This document shows, one piece after another, positions 13,150 to 25,565 of a stretch of DNA of 64,000 nucleotides. The notes under the pieces are model-generated. The model was not told the origin of the DNA. It searched no databases and saw nothing but the letters and a program-made list of their open reading frames with translations. Position numbers and translations under genes: made by a program. This DNA is from Microbotryum violaceum (taxonomy: Eukaryota): assembly GCA_001244265.2 (NCBI GenBank), contig CDLV01000010.1, forward strand, positions 620,001-684,000. Reading direction: 5' to 3'. The first letter of the stretch is position 1. The number at the start of each line of letters is the position of its first letter.

Positions 13150-14996
13150 TCAGCCGGTGACGAAGGTGCGACCGACTTTGGCGAACCACCATTTGGTCTT
13201 GCTCTGCAAGGTACCCGAAAAACTGGCCAACATGCTCTCTGAGACGTCGTGGTTGGGCGTATGCGCGAGATGATAGCTCAAGCCAGCGGGTTGTCGGAAT
13301 GCCTTAGCGCACCCTCGGATGGGACACTTCTCGGATCTCCCCGAAGGTTGCACACAGAGCTTGAACTTCTTCGGCGGTGGTACCTCTTCTGCCGTGGCGG
13401 GTTCCTCGTCCTCACAGGAGACGAAAAAGTGACCGTTCGCAGAGGCGTTCTGGAAGTGGAACCGTAGACCCGCAAGGGACTGGGGGAAAAAGGGGTTGAA
13501 GTGCGTCCGGTCAGCATCCGCGGTGCAGAGGGGTGCGATATGGAAAGCCAGGAGCTCACCTTGAACGTCTTGTCACATGGGTACAAGGCACACCTAAAAG
13601 GTGTCTCCCCGCCCTCCAACCCATCTCGGCTGTGTTCCGCACAATGCTCTCGCAGTTCCCGAATCGTCCTGAACCGGACGTCCTCCGAGGGTGGTGTCGA
13701 CAAATCGTCTTCAATAGGGACTGAAGTGCTCGATGAGCCAGAGCGACTGGAACTTCGCTGATCGAGGGACCGCAGCCTTGCGGGACACTGCGGCCAATTG
13801 CACGCATAGGGTCGGATCGTGAGATCGTCCTCAACGGCTGGAACCTCGGAGCCTCCGCGCTTGCGAGACGACGCTTCGGGGGAAGCCGTCTTGTTGCTTG
13901 CACTTTTCTTTTTCCTTGACCCTCGTGATGATGCCGATGTACTCGCCTTTACCGCTGCTGTCGTTGTCGCCGTCGTCGTGGACTTCGCGTCTCCGTTCGT
14001 TGCGTGAGAGCTTGTGCTCGGCTCTGACAGCTCGGTGGCGCCTCGTCGACTTCCGTTCCAGGGCGCGAGTCGCTCGGCATCGGTGGCAGCGTTGTTGCCG
14101 GAGCTCGTCCTTGACCGTCGCTGGCCCTGCCCTTGTCCCTGTCCCGTTGGCAGATGCTCAACAGTCTGCTCCGCCTCGTCGGTTGCCCTGGACCGTTTCC
14201 GCTTGCGAGAACTAGATCTCGATAACACGGTTGTGCCGACGGAGTGGGCGAGTTCCGCTTCGTTCGAGTCGTTGGACCCCGGCGAGGACATCAACGTCCT
14301 TCCAAGGCCGAGGGGGTCGCTCTCGTGCAAACCACCGTCCAACAGCGATTGTGGGAGGAAAACGCCATTGCTGTCCAAGAAAGCTTTGGAGTCTTGGCCG
14401 GACGACATGGTCTCGTCGATGGAGGTCGCGGGCGTGTCCTCGCCGCCGGTCCCTGATGTAAGGTGGTCGAACTCGGATTGGAACGAAAAGGCCGAAGGCG
14501 CGTAGCCACCCATGAGATGCACCGAGGTCGAAGATTGCAGTCGTTCAAACAGGGACTGGCTCAAGTCGAGCGAGCCGCTGGCGCTTGGTCCTTTGTGGTC
14601 GAGGTCGGACAGATGCTCGAGGCCGGCCGCAGCCAACGGAGTGACGGTCGCTGAAGGAACCGAGAAGGCGCTCGATTTGGACGCGAGCGCAAACAAGTTG
14701 GCAAACTCGGCTGGAGAGTAGCACTGCGACGTCGAAGGCGAAGCTGAATACGCACTGGGGCGACTGTTAAAGAGGTGGGAAGAATGATGTTGGAACTGGG
14801 GCTGGCGCTGGTTCTGCGTCGTCGAGGTTGGGTCAAATTCGAACATCAAGGAGGGGTTCGTCATGCCGTCCGCGTGGGAGTTGTGCATGCCACCGAGGTT
14901 GACGTGGTCGTGGCCCTCACCGAGGACTGATGGGGTGTCGAGCTTAGGCTTGACATCAGGCAAGGGTGTTACATGGGTGAAGTCGGCAGAGGATGA

Positions 14997-15027
<31 letters not shown>

Positions 15028-15647
15028 AGTTCGGCCGTTTGGGTCGGTGGCGAGGTGAGCAGCGAAAAGAATGACGCAGGGTAGTCGTGCGAGTTGAGAA
15101 AGGAGTGCGTCGACGAGGGGTGGATCGAAGGGGAGACTTCCTGGGGTACAGGTTGGGGGTGGACCGTAGTAGCGATGTTGGCGGCGAGTGATGATGTGGC
15201 GATTGCTGGCGTGTGGTTGGCAGGGGTGAGAACACCGAGCAGGTTTGGGCTCGGGAGGGGCAACGGCGAGAAACGGAAAGGAGAGTCCGACACGGGGTTG
15301 TACGACGTTGACGCGTGCGGTTCGCTGCTCCAGGTCGTCGGGTCCAGTGCCCATGACGTGGGTGCGAATGGATCGAGGGCCAACACCGAGCCAGGTTGAC
15401 CAGGTGCTGCGGATGCGGAAGCCAAAGAGGATGAGGAGGCATGTGTGGAGGATAGGGGCACGGGGGTGGATGGGAATGATGAGGATACTGGTGGTGGTGG
15501 GGGTGGGGGTGGTGATCGATCTGTCGCCAGGTAGGCTGTGGATGCCGAGACCGAACCCGACCGCGAGCCCGAAGCCGACGCGGGCGGGTAGGGGAGCGCG
15601 CCGGGCGATGAGGCGGACGAGGAGGTCTGTGCGCGGCGGGCCGGCAT
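13150..15647 (-). CDS. C2H2 zinc-finger transcription factor (Sfp1-like finger style); true start uncertain
   Basis: Fingers YACNWPQC..LREH, FRCALYPCDKTFK|SLAGLRFH..H (split by an intron at ~13480-13560) and CPIRGCAKAFRQPAGLSYHLAH. Long Ser/Pro-rich N-terminus. Basic NLS-like RKRKRSR. Confidence 0.85.
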
Positions 15648-16888
15648 GATGACGCGGTCGACGCAACGCGGGGAAACGGCACAATAAGTAACGAGGATTT
15701 GTCAGCCATCAGAGGTGATGGAGCGAGTCATGCCCGGTGTGACGACTAGAGCGGTGGAAGGGACCCCACGGCTGTGCCAAGACGCAAGCCCCTCGGTGCC
15801 GTAGCGTTGGGTTGCGCTCATCTCGACGAAGGTCCTCTAGTTGACCCGCTGCTGGGAGCGACTCGCCCGGTTGCGAAGCGCGACGCGGCGCGGCGTGGCC
15901 CATCACTGCGAAGAGCACCAGCTGCGATCGAGTGCTGGGTCCTTATGACTGACAGCCGCCAGGAACAAGAGCAGAGGCTACGGAGCGAGCGAGGGTGAAG
16001 GAAGAGCAACTGACCAAATCGATCGTATGCCACGGGATCGCGCCGAGGGAGAAGAACGAGTTGTGCATGTCATCGTCGAGGTAGGTCGCCGCGGTGGGCG
16101 CGTTCGCAGTCGTCGCCGATGATGATCCCGTGCTGGTGACCAATGCAGCTGCCGCTACCATGCTCCACCGGCTCTCTTGCGAGCGGTCGTCGAGGCAAAC
16201 TCGTTTTCACGAACCAGAGCAACCGAATGCCTTGTTCGAATCCGAGCTACCGACCTATGACAACTGAGGGCCGAGCGAGCGCGATGAGGCGAGTGCCAGA
16301 GGATGTTTAGTGCGGGCGGGCTCGTGAGCTCCGGGTCTGCTGGTCTTTCGCAGTTCTCTCGCAGCGGCGGCAGCGCGCGCTCGACAACTTGTTACCCTCC
16401 ACTCGCACCGAGCGTCGTGCTGGGCTCTCGGGACTCGGAGGTGTGATTTGGGACTCTCGCGAGTCCGAGCGTCGGACTTTGAAAGGGTATTTGGAACGCG
16501 AGCCCCTTTTCGGTCGGCGCTCGCTCAATTTCCGGAATAGAGCAGACTTTGCCTCACTAATTAAGTTAACAAAATCGTCCGGCCAACGCTTGTGCACTGC
16601 CAGGTGCCAGTGCACCCGAACCGGGTTTATTCTTTGGTCCGACCGACTGACAATTCGACCCGAGCTCCCGTCGGCAATGATTAATGATTGGGCAAGCATG
16701 GACAGGAGGGGCGGTCGATCGTCCGTGCCACATACTAGCGGCTCGAGGCGCGACTTGGCGCACGCTGGTAGTCTCACTGCGCTGGCGACAGGATGAGCGT
16801 CGTCAAGCGCGGTGTGGCTCAGGCTGTCGCTCCCTCTGGCCAAGCAGTTGTCTGTCAACCGCCACTGCTCGACGGCTTCCTCCCCACG

Positions 16889-19587
16889 ATGCTGGTCGAC
16901 TATGCAAGCGACGAGAGCGATCATGAACAACAATCGTCAACGGCGCCGTTGAAGTCGCTCTCTTCGGTTTCGGTACAGAACAAGGACGACGACGAGGAAG
17001 CCACCGCGTTCGACCCCTCGGATGCGTTCGGCCTCGCTCAGCTCGATACTCAAACTGGGGGAAAATTGACTACACGACCCAAAACAGTGACCACGGCTAC
17101 GAATGCCGACACAGCGCCCCAGGTCTTCATCACGGTCAGTATCAAGGCATGGCCGCAACGAACGCAGCTGCGAGACACGAACTGCGCCTGTGGGGATGGG
17201 TGTACCCTCTGCATAACTCGTATTCTGCATGTCCCTTGCACAAAATCAACACAACTGACCTTGGTCAATCTTATGCCGGGTCTTCCCTCTGTCCCCATCG
17301 TGTGTGCCACGACAGGACCCGTCATTCTCAAGCTCCAACTCGCTCATCACCCGACCGAGCGACAATGTCATCTTCTACAACCCGACCTATGCCGACATGA
17401 CCTTGCCCGTACAAGGACCGGCGAACCCATGGGACGATCGCAAGCTGGAAAAGATGAACAGCGTCACAGGTGAGCGACCACGCCCCCACCCATCCTGAGC
17501 AGAGGCGCCACGCGCAGTCACAAGTGGTCTAGCTCGGAATCCTGACGCCCGTCGCATCTAACTTTTCCAGGCCATGTCGAACAACAAGCCTACTCTGATC
17601 TGACATTCCGGACGCAACAACGCACCTTCCATGTACACGGATACGCGGCGAATCCTTCAATCCTGCGTGACGAGGTCAACGCGAACGGTCTCCAGGCCAT
17701 CGTCGGCGACGCTCGCAAAGCAGCGCAAAACGGCAACGCGACCGTACACGACGTCAAGATCTCACGCGTCGATGCCCGCGCGACCAAGCGGAAACGCAAG
17801 GGCAAGGGACAGCTCGGAGTCTTTGATGACTCGGACCCTGAACCCGAGGGCGAAGAGGGCGAAGGCGAGGGCGAGGGCGAGACAGAGCAGGTCGTGCAGG
17901 ATGACGGAACTGTCATCGAGGTACCCAAGGTCAAGGCACCGAAGAAGGACAAGGTGCAAAAGGAGTACTTGGGGCCATGGGCCGGCTGGGAAGGCGAGAA
18001 CATTGGGGTCGTCAACCCGAGCGAAGCAGAGTACGAGGAGCAAGAGGAACGAGGTGGTGCACCTTTGAACAAGAAGCAGAGGAAGGAAGTCATCAAGGAT
18101 AGTGGCAAGGAAGTTGGATTTGGGCAGGAGAAAAGTGTTTTCCATGGTACGTCGCGTCGGAATTAGAAAATGCAAGTCGTTAGGTGAACTAATCTCGGTG
18201 AACCCATCCACAGGCAAGGAAACGCACGACTACCTCGGCCGGACCTATATGCACATCCCAACAGACGTCGATGTCAACCTCACGGCCGAATCGGGTACGC
18301 AAGAGTGCTTTGCGCCCAAAAAGGTCATCCACACCTGGTCCGGTCACACTAAAGGTGTCAGTCGGATCAAGTTGTTTCCTAAATCGGGTCATCTCATCTT
18401 GTCGGGCTCGATGGATACGAGGGTCAAGGTAAGCACATACTTGAGAGCAAAGTCTTTTTTTGTAGTATTAACTGGGTACTCCTATACTACATTGCCAGCT
18501 GTGGGACGTTTACAAGGAAGGCAAATGCTTGCGAACGTTCATGGGGCACTCCAAGGCCGTTCACGACGTTACGTTCGACAATGATGGCGCTCAATTCCTG
18601 TCATGCGCGTTCGATCGTCAGATGAAGTTGTGGGACACCGAGACGGGGGCGTGCAAGCAGGCCTTCTCGAACGGCAAGATCCCATACACGGTCAAATTCA
18701 ACCCCAACAACAACAATGTCTTTTTGGCGGGTATGCATGACAAGAAGATCATTCAGGTAAGGCTTCCCGCTTATAATCATTCAGGCGTACGATGCTGAAT
18801 ATCGTCTCCGTGTCTATCCCTCTTAGTACGACATGCGGTCCGGAGAAATTGTGCAAGAATACGACCAGCATCTCGGGCCGGTCAACACGATCACGTTCGT
18901 CGACGAGAACCGACGCTTTATCACTTCGTCCGACGACAAGATGATGCGCGTATGGGACATTGATATCCCTGTGCCGATCAAACTCATTGCCGAACCGTCG
19001 ATGCACTCGATGCCGGCTGTCAGCAAACATCCCAATGGTCAGCTCTTCATGGGACATCGAGTTTTCGCAGCGTGTTCTGACGAACCCGTACGGTCTGTGC
19101 ATAGGCAAATGGTTGGCGATGCAGTCGCTCGATAATCAGATTCTGATCTTTGGCTCGGACAACTTCAAGCAAAACGTGCGTAGCTCATGACGCTGATGTT
19201 CATCCGATGGAGCGAGCAAGCTGACAGGTACCCTCTCTGATCGGGTCTGCACACAGCGCAAGAAACGTTTCGCGGGACACACGATCGCAGGGTACGCGTG
19301 TGAACCGCAGTTTTCCCCCGACGGTCGCTACCTATCTTCGGGCGACGGTCATGGCAGTCTGGTGATCTGGGACTTCAAGACATGTCGCATCGCGCATCGG
19401 CAAAAAGTGCATTCGCAGGTGTTGCTCTCGCACGCGTGGTTGCCGCATGAGACGGTGCGTTGTGAACTTGTGACGTGGCACTGTGGCAGATTTGATGCGT
19501 ACTGATGCGGCGTCTGGTATTTGTGACTGGCTACAGAGTAAGGTCATTACCTCGTCGTGGGACGGCTCGATCAAGTGCCTCGATTGA
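16889..19587 (+). CDS. PRP17: Pre-mRNA splicing factor Prp17/Cdc40 (WD40 repeats), multi-exon
   Basis: [82 protein letters not shown] and a C-terminal [12 protein letters not shown]. Confidence 0.95.
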
Positions 19588-19849
19588 CGGAGTCTGTGGT
19601 GTCTGTAATCTGCGTGTGCATGCTCGAATGTGTAATGCTAGAGCCGAATCAAATGTTCCCTTTAAGGATGTGTTCCTGATCGATCTGCACAAAGGTTTGA
19701 TCACTGCTGGAGCTGTCTGCGTGGGGGGTCCGTGCCCAGCCGACCGGCGCGATCGGGGTTCGGGTTAGCTCCTCCAGACTCCTCCGTGCCCGGCCTGCCT
19801 CAACTCGGTCCGCTCGACTCTGAACAGAGGCCTCTACGGCTGCCACGTG

Positions 19850-22509
19850 ATGCCCTACTCTGAAAGGTCGCCTTTGCTTGGACCAAAACGAGTTGGTGTA
19901 CGTCGACGGTCCTTGTCGCCTCTGCCTGCGCCGCTGCGTCGTCGAGCGAGTCTGATCGGAGCTCACGCCGCCGGGGGAGGAGGCGGTGGGGCGACTCGAG
20001 GTGGGCCTGGGAGTGGCAGTCGGTACGCGATCGACGACGAGGACGTGCTCGACGACGACGACCAATGGCACCACCTCACCGAGGACGACATCGCGATCGA
20101 AGGCATGGTGCTCGTACTCCTGAGCGAGCTCGAGCAGAGGGGGTACACGATCCCGTCCGGTCTGGTCGATGTGCCGCTCGACATGCCCGTGGAAGAGGCC
20201 GAGGCCGAACAAGCGCTTTTTCGCACCGTGTTCGCCGTACCGAGGCATCGTGGCGTGTTGGAGCAGTATCTGCCTTACCTGGCGACCGTCGCACCCCACG
20301 AGCCACCACAGCCGCCATCGCCCTGGAGCGCAACACAGCAAGCCCATCCCCGGCAGCTCGCGGCTCAGGATCGGTCAGCCGCCCCACACCTCGTTCACTC
20401 CACCTCGCACTCGTCGACGTCCTCTTCCTCGGCAGCCACCACGGCCACGACAACCGCAGCGGGCGAAGCCAAGCTCACGCTCAACGAGATCAAACACGAT
20501 CACCAACTCAGCAAGGATGAACCCATCCAACACCCCAATGGACAGGCACCTCCCTCCGCGCCTCCGCACAGGTCGACCCCTGCACCGTCCTACCTCGAAC
20601 TGCCGTGGTCCGCCAGCGACATCATATCTTCCCCCTCGGCATTGCTGCTGTGTGCACTCTTGTCACTGCTCATCTCGCTGCAGGAAGAGGTCACCGCGGT
20701 GGTGCAAGAGACCGATCGCGGTGTAGATGGCGAGCTGCGCATGTTCAAGGCACGTCGTGATCTCGGCGAACGACTCTACGCAGTCGTCGGAGGTCTCCTC
20801 GACAGCTACCTCCTCACGGGGGATGCTCATCCCGCACGCTCGGCAGGTGACGATAGCGACAGCCGACACAGCCGCGAAGAGCCCGAGGATGCGCTCGTCA
20901 CCCTTCTTTTCCACGATTTCCCACTCCACTACGACTCGACTGATCGAGCCACCTGTGGTCAGTACTCGAAGCTTTTGATCGAATGGTAAAGGCTCATCTA
21001 ATTGCTTTTGGAATTACTGTCCCCACTTCAGCTCTCGACCTCTTGCTCAACCTGACCTCTTACCCATTGGTCGAGGCTGAAGATCTCGTCTCGCACCCCG
21101 TCATCCTTGCCAGCACCGAATACGTCTGGCGCAATGGACTGCTCCCGCCTCCGCGCCCGGGCGAAGACACCTCGCTTTCTTGGACCGAATCCTTTGTCCG
21201 CCTCGACCGCTTCTCGATTCCTCGCATCTTGCACGCGCAAACCTACATCCACTCGACCCTCCATGCCGCCGCAACCATCTACATCCTCACCTTCTCCGCA
21301 TACGCGCACTTTGATTCGCTCAACCCACTCGATCCGACCCTTCCAGCCAAGAACCCGCGCATCCCCGAGCATGGGCGGCCCCAAAAGACGTGGAGTGTGC
21401 TGACGGGTTTGGTGTGGTGGTTGTGGGTTGCAGGAGTATTTGGGTGGGCCGTGGATGTGCTTCGCGCATGGGTGAGTCATCCGCCGAAGCTCAAGTGGGG
21501 TAGCCTTGGCTGATATGTCTGCATACTCCAGCACCATCGAGGTCCGCATCCGTCGCTTCCTCTGTCGCCATCCACCCTCCTCCCTCTTCTGCATCACGGA
21601 CTCGTCCTGGCTTCCTTGCTGCTTCGACTGTCGGGTCTGATGTGGAAGCGACCCCCGGCGTTCCTATTCGCCTCGTCGCTGTCACTACTCGCATGGTCGA
21701 TCCCCTTTCTCGCCGCTTCGCGCATCTTGCCCCAAAATCTGCCCATGTTTGGTTCGCCGACACACATGCGGTGGGAGAAGATTCGGGACGGACGGAGACG
21801 ACGAGATGTTGGCTATCGCCCGCCACCCAAGACGGTCCCTGTCTCTCACCGTGCTCTGAGGTCCCTCGAGGCGCAGTTGGGAGGATTGGTTCAGTTTGGG
21901 TCTTACTTTACAGTACTTGGTGTGCTGTTGCTGTGGTCGCTCAGTGGAGAACTCGATTACCCGGGGTTGTTCATGGCCCCCGTGGCCGTCATGAATTCGG
22001 TTTCGACCTACCTCAGCGTGCCCAAGCAAGGACCGGTATCGCCGATCGAAGCCCGGACGACGCTGGCATTCACCTTTATACTCGGTGTCGTGTTGGCGTA
22101 CTTTGCCGGTGGACGACCTTCCGAGTCGGGCAAAACGAGTCGACCACACAAAGAGCTGGACGACCTCGACGGGTGGGATCGCTACGGTCGAGAAGTCGCA
22201 TTCCGAGCCCGACGAGAGCGACTAGCCGTGAACCGCTACTTCTCCTTCGTCCCCCCACCTCTACACCAGCATAGTCTGGAAAGCGTACCCAGTGCATTCG
22301 GGATGCCGCCTTTACCGAGTCCGTTAAATTTATGGATCGCACCGTTGACGTTGAGTGGGTTCATTGCGCGACGGTGGTACGGGAGGGAGGATTGGGCTAG
22401 GAGGGTGCATGAAAGGGGGAGGTTGTGGATTTGGCGAGCTGGGGTAGCTCCGTTGGGGGTGTGGGCTGTGATTGCTAAGGGCGTCCGCACGGTGCGACAA
22501 GTCGATTGA
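19850..22509 (+). CDS. Multi-pass membrane protein, divergent TRP/Yvc1-like channel candidate (3 exons)
   Basis: Three consecutive ORFs joinable by GT-AG introns (~20958-21031 and ~21472-21532), with several hydrophobic helices. SALDL...LVSHPVI...YVWRNG, RFSIPR and C-terminal PPLPSPLNL resemble Yvc1-type motifs. Confidence 0.6.
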
Positions 22510-22809
22510 ACTGGGGTGGAAACCGTCTGGCCGGCAACGGTGGTCGGGCAGGGCTCTGGTCAGTAGTTCGCGACCAGGATTACAGCAGAGAGTACTAGAT
22601 CGTGTAGGTCTGTCGAGGGCGTTTGGAAAAACTCGCCATTGTACGACAAAAAATTGTAGCGTGTGTCCCCCTTTTCACAATGCGATCGCGCCCACAAAAA
22701 GCCGATTTAAAAGGACAAATTCACGATCATCGTCGGGTTGGTGGTTGGTGTGTTTCGTCTTGGTGCCCGACGCCACGCCACAGGCTCCTCGCCGTCGCTC
22801 TTCGTCAGG

Positions 22810-24068
22810 ATGAGCGCGTTGATGCGAGCGTATACGCGCTCGTTCGAGAGACGACCGTACGTGACATTACTCGTGAGTAGTACTCCTCTCTCCCAGTGGG
22901 AGCTCGGCGAGTAGGACGTGGAGCAGGTCGTGCAGTAAGACGTCGCCGCTCGCCTGAACACCCCGTAGCCGTCGTCCTGGACGGAGACTCAATGACTACA
23001 CGGCTACTCTTCCGCCCTAGATCGCTAATGGTCTCCTCATGTCGCTCGGCGATGGAGCTGCACAATCATTGGCCATGTTAACCGCCTCCTCTCCCGACGC
23101 GTCCGCCGAAGTGCTTGCTTTCGACTTTGCGAGGACGTTCCGCTTCGCTTTTTTTGGCGCTTCGATGGGTCCTTTGGCGGGCGCTTGGAATAGTGAGTGG
23201 GCAATGAGATGCCTTGCTGGGCGCTCAGTGCTGTGAGTAGTCAACGCTGACTCAACCTGGCTCGCACAGAATTCTTGGAAGTCCGCTTCCCCTTGCGAAC
23301 CTCATCGATCACGCAACAATACCCCTTGCAAAAAGTCAAGACCGACGACCCCGCCTCAACCTCGATCCCGATACCAGGGTTCAAGATGCCAAAAGGAGCC
23401 AAGCTCGAACGAGGGGCTGGAGCTGGAGCGGCGGGAGCGGCGGGTTTGCGAGGGAGCGGCAATGCCGCTTCGGTGGTACCGACACCGCCCGGTGCGAGTG
23501 CGAGTGCAGGTGCTGAAGGTCCGGTTTCGAATATACAACTTGTCAAGAGGGTCGCTGCTGATCAGCTCGGCTTGTGAGTATTCAAACTTGCGCTAGAAAG
23601 CAAACAAACTGTCGCGACCGGAACTGATCGTCTGCTTGCTGATCTTCTCGCAGGGCCCCCATCTCGCTGTTCATCTTCTTGATGTCGATGGGCTTGATGG
23701 AAGGACTAAGCGACGAAGAGTTGTGGGACAAGATCCGCAACAATTACCTTCCCATCTTGCTCGTCAATTGGCAGGTGAGCAATGACCTGCTCCCCTGCAG
23801 GTTTTTTGCCACACTTGCAGATACTCATCACCGGATCTTCTTTCTGTGTTCTCGTTTCTCAGGTCTGGCCCCTCCTTCAATTGATCAACTTCCGCTTCGT
23901 GCCGCTCAGGTATCGGGTTCCCTATGGATCGATTCTTGGCATTGGTACGTCTCCGGCCTCACAAAGAATTGATCAATCGGAGATGACTGACTTGCGACTG
24001 TCTGGTTTCTTTTGCCAGGTTGGAGTGCGTTCTTGAGCTTCAAGACAGCAAAGAAGGTCGAGGCTTAG
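22810..24068 (+). CDS. Mpv17/PMP22 family protein (Sym1-like), multi-exon
   Basis: YTRSFERRPYVTL..NG.L..LGD..AQ, FDFARTFRF, KRVAADQL, NWQVWPLLQLINFRFVPLRYRV and W.AFLS. Confidence 0.92.
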
Positions 24069-24436
24069 AAGGAGAATTGAGTTTCGAGTGCGATCTGCTT
24101 TCTCGTTCCGGACGGGTTGAGAGTGGTGTCGGCTGTTTGTCCGATCAGATCGGCAGTGTCGACCGACGGATCGATCCAGTACCTCTTGTGTATCTTATAA
24201 TGCATTACCAACGTCTGTACATACACGAATACACAAGGTGTCACTTACAGCTCGACATCACGAGCTGTGCTGCAGGTCCTCGGTACTAGCTCGACCGAAC
24301 CAACCCATGACTAATAAACCGAACCGTCGTCGATCTCCGCGATCTCGTTTGTTGAGGCCGCTTCGCATTTCGCCCCCACATCCCTCTCCGCTTCCTCCTC
24401 GTCACAAGCTTTAGCTTCCTTCAAGCAGCCGCCACC

Positions 24437-25327
24437 ATGGTCGCCGCCCCCCCAGCTTATCCATCCACTCTCCCTCCTGAATCTCAGGCCTATGCTAGAC
24501 AGGTGAGGCACATGGCTTCTCCTTGCATGCATGCCTGTGACGAGAGCGCCACAGGTGACTGACGTCGATTTCGGTCCGGATTCACATTCGATCCGCTGCT
24601 ATCTGATCAAAGTTTTTCGAATGTGCCCGAAGAGGTGAGGCGCGGTGAATTTACTAGACTTCACTGGTTGATTCACTGCCCCTCACGGACTATGACGTGC
24701 TCTCCACTTTTGCACAGGAGACCTCGAGGCGATGCGAGCCCCACTCGACGCAGGCTTACCACCCAATTTGACGAACGACAAGGTAAGCTGCATGTCGATC
24801 ATTCAATCTTGTTCCGACAGAGCTAATCCGTTCCCGATTGGTATTGAGGCTAGGGGGATACGTTGATCATGCTCGCGGCTTACCATGGCCATGCCGAGCT
24901 GGTTGAATTTTTGGTCCAGAAAGGCGCCGATCCAAAGTACGTCATTCGCCGGCGCCCACGGTACCGCTGTAACACGCCTGTCTCAGTATTGGGACAATAC
25001 CACTTTGGCTGCACCATACGATCTAACCAGATGATTATGCGCGTAAATCCCCCTCTCCGCTCTCCGAACAGTCGAGTCAACGATCGAGGTCAATCTCCTT
25101 TGGCCGGCGCGGTCTTCAAGAACGAAACCCGAGTCATCCAAGCCCTTTTGGAGGGTGGCGCCGACCCGGATGCAGGACAGCCCTCAGCTATGGAAGCGGC
25201 GAGTATCTTTAATAAGATGGACGAGTACGGCCCCTTGTTTGAGAATGCAAGACGACGGAGGAATGGCGCTGGCCAGGTTGGGAAAGGGAATGCCACGACT
25301 GGTACACATGATTCTCCGACAGCCTAG
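24437..25327 (+). CDS. Small ankyrin-repeat protein, multi-exon
   Basis: Spliced reading FFECARRGD..AGLPPNLTNDKGDTLIMLAAYHGHAELV...GADP, then NDRGQSPLAGAVFK and LLEGGADP. Confidence 0.9.
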
Positions 25328-25565
25328 ATCGGGGTCTTTCCTTTGTATATATCCATTTCTCCACGTCGCATTGTAATCGCTATACACAGCTGGCACACAG
25401 CTGCTCAGATTCCTTGATTAGATCGAGCCCACTGTGGGCTGAACGTCAGTTTAGGCGGAGACTTGCAGAGTTGCAAACTGCGGATGGAGGATGCGACTAC
25501 GAGCAAATACAACAAATACCTCGAACAAAAGATGAGACCTGAACTGCGACTAATAATACAAAGCC

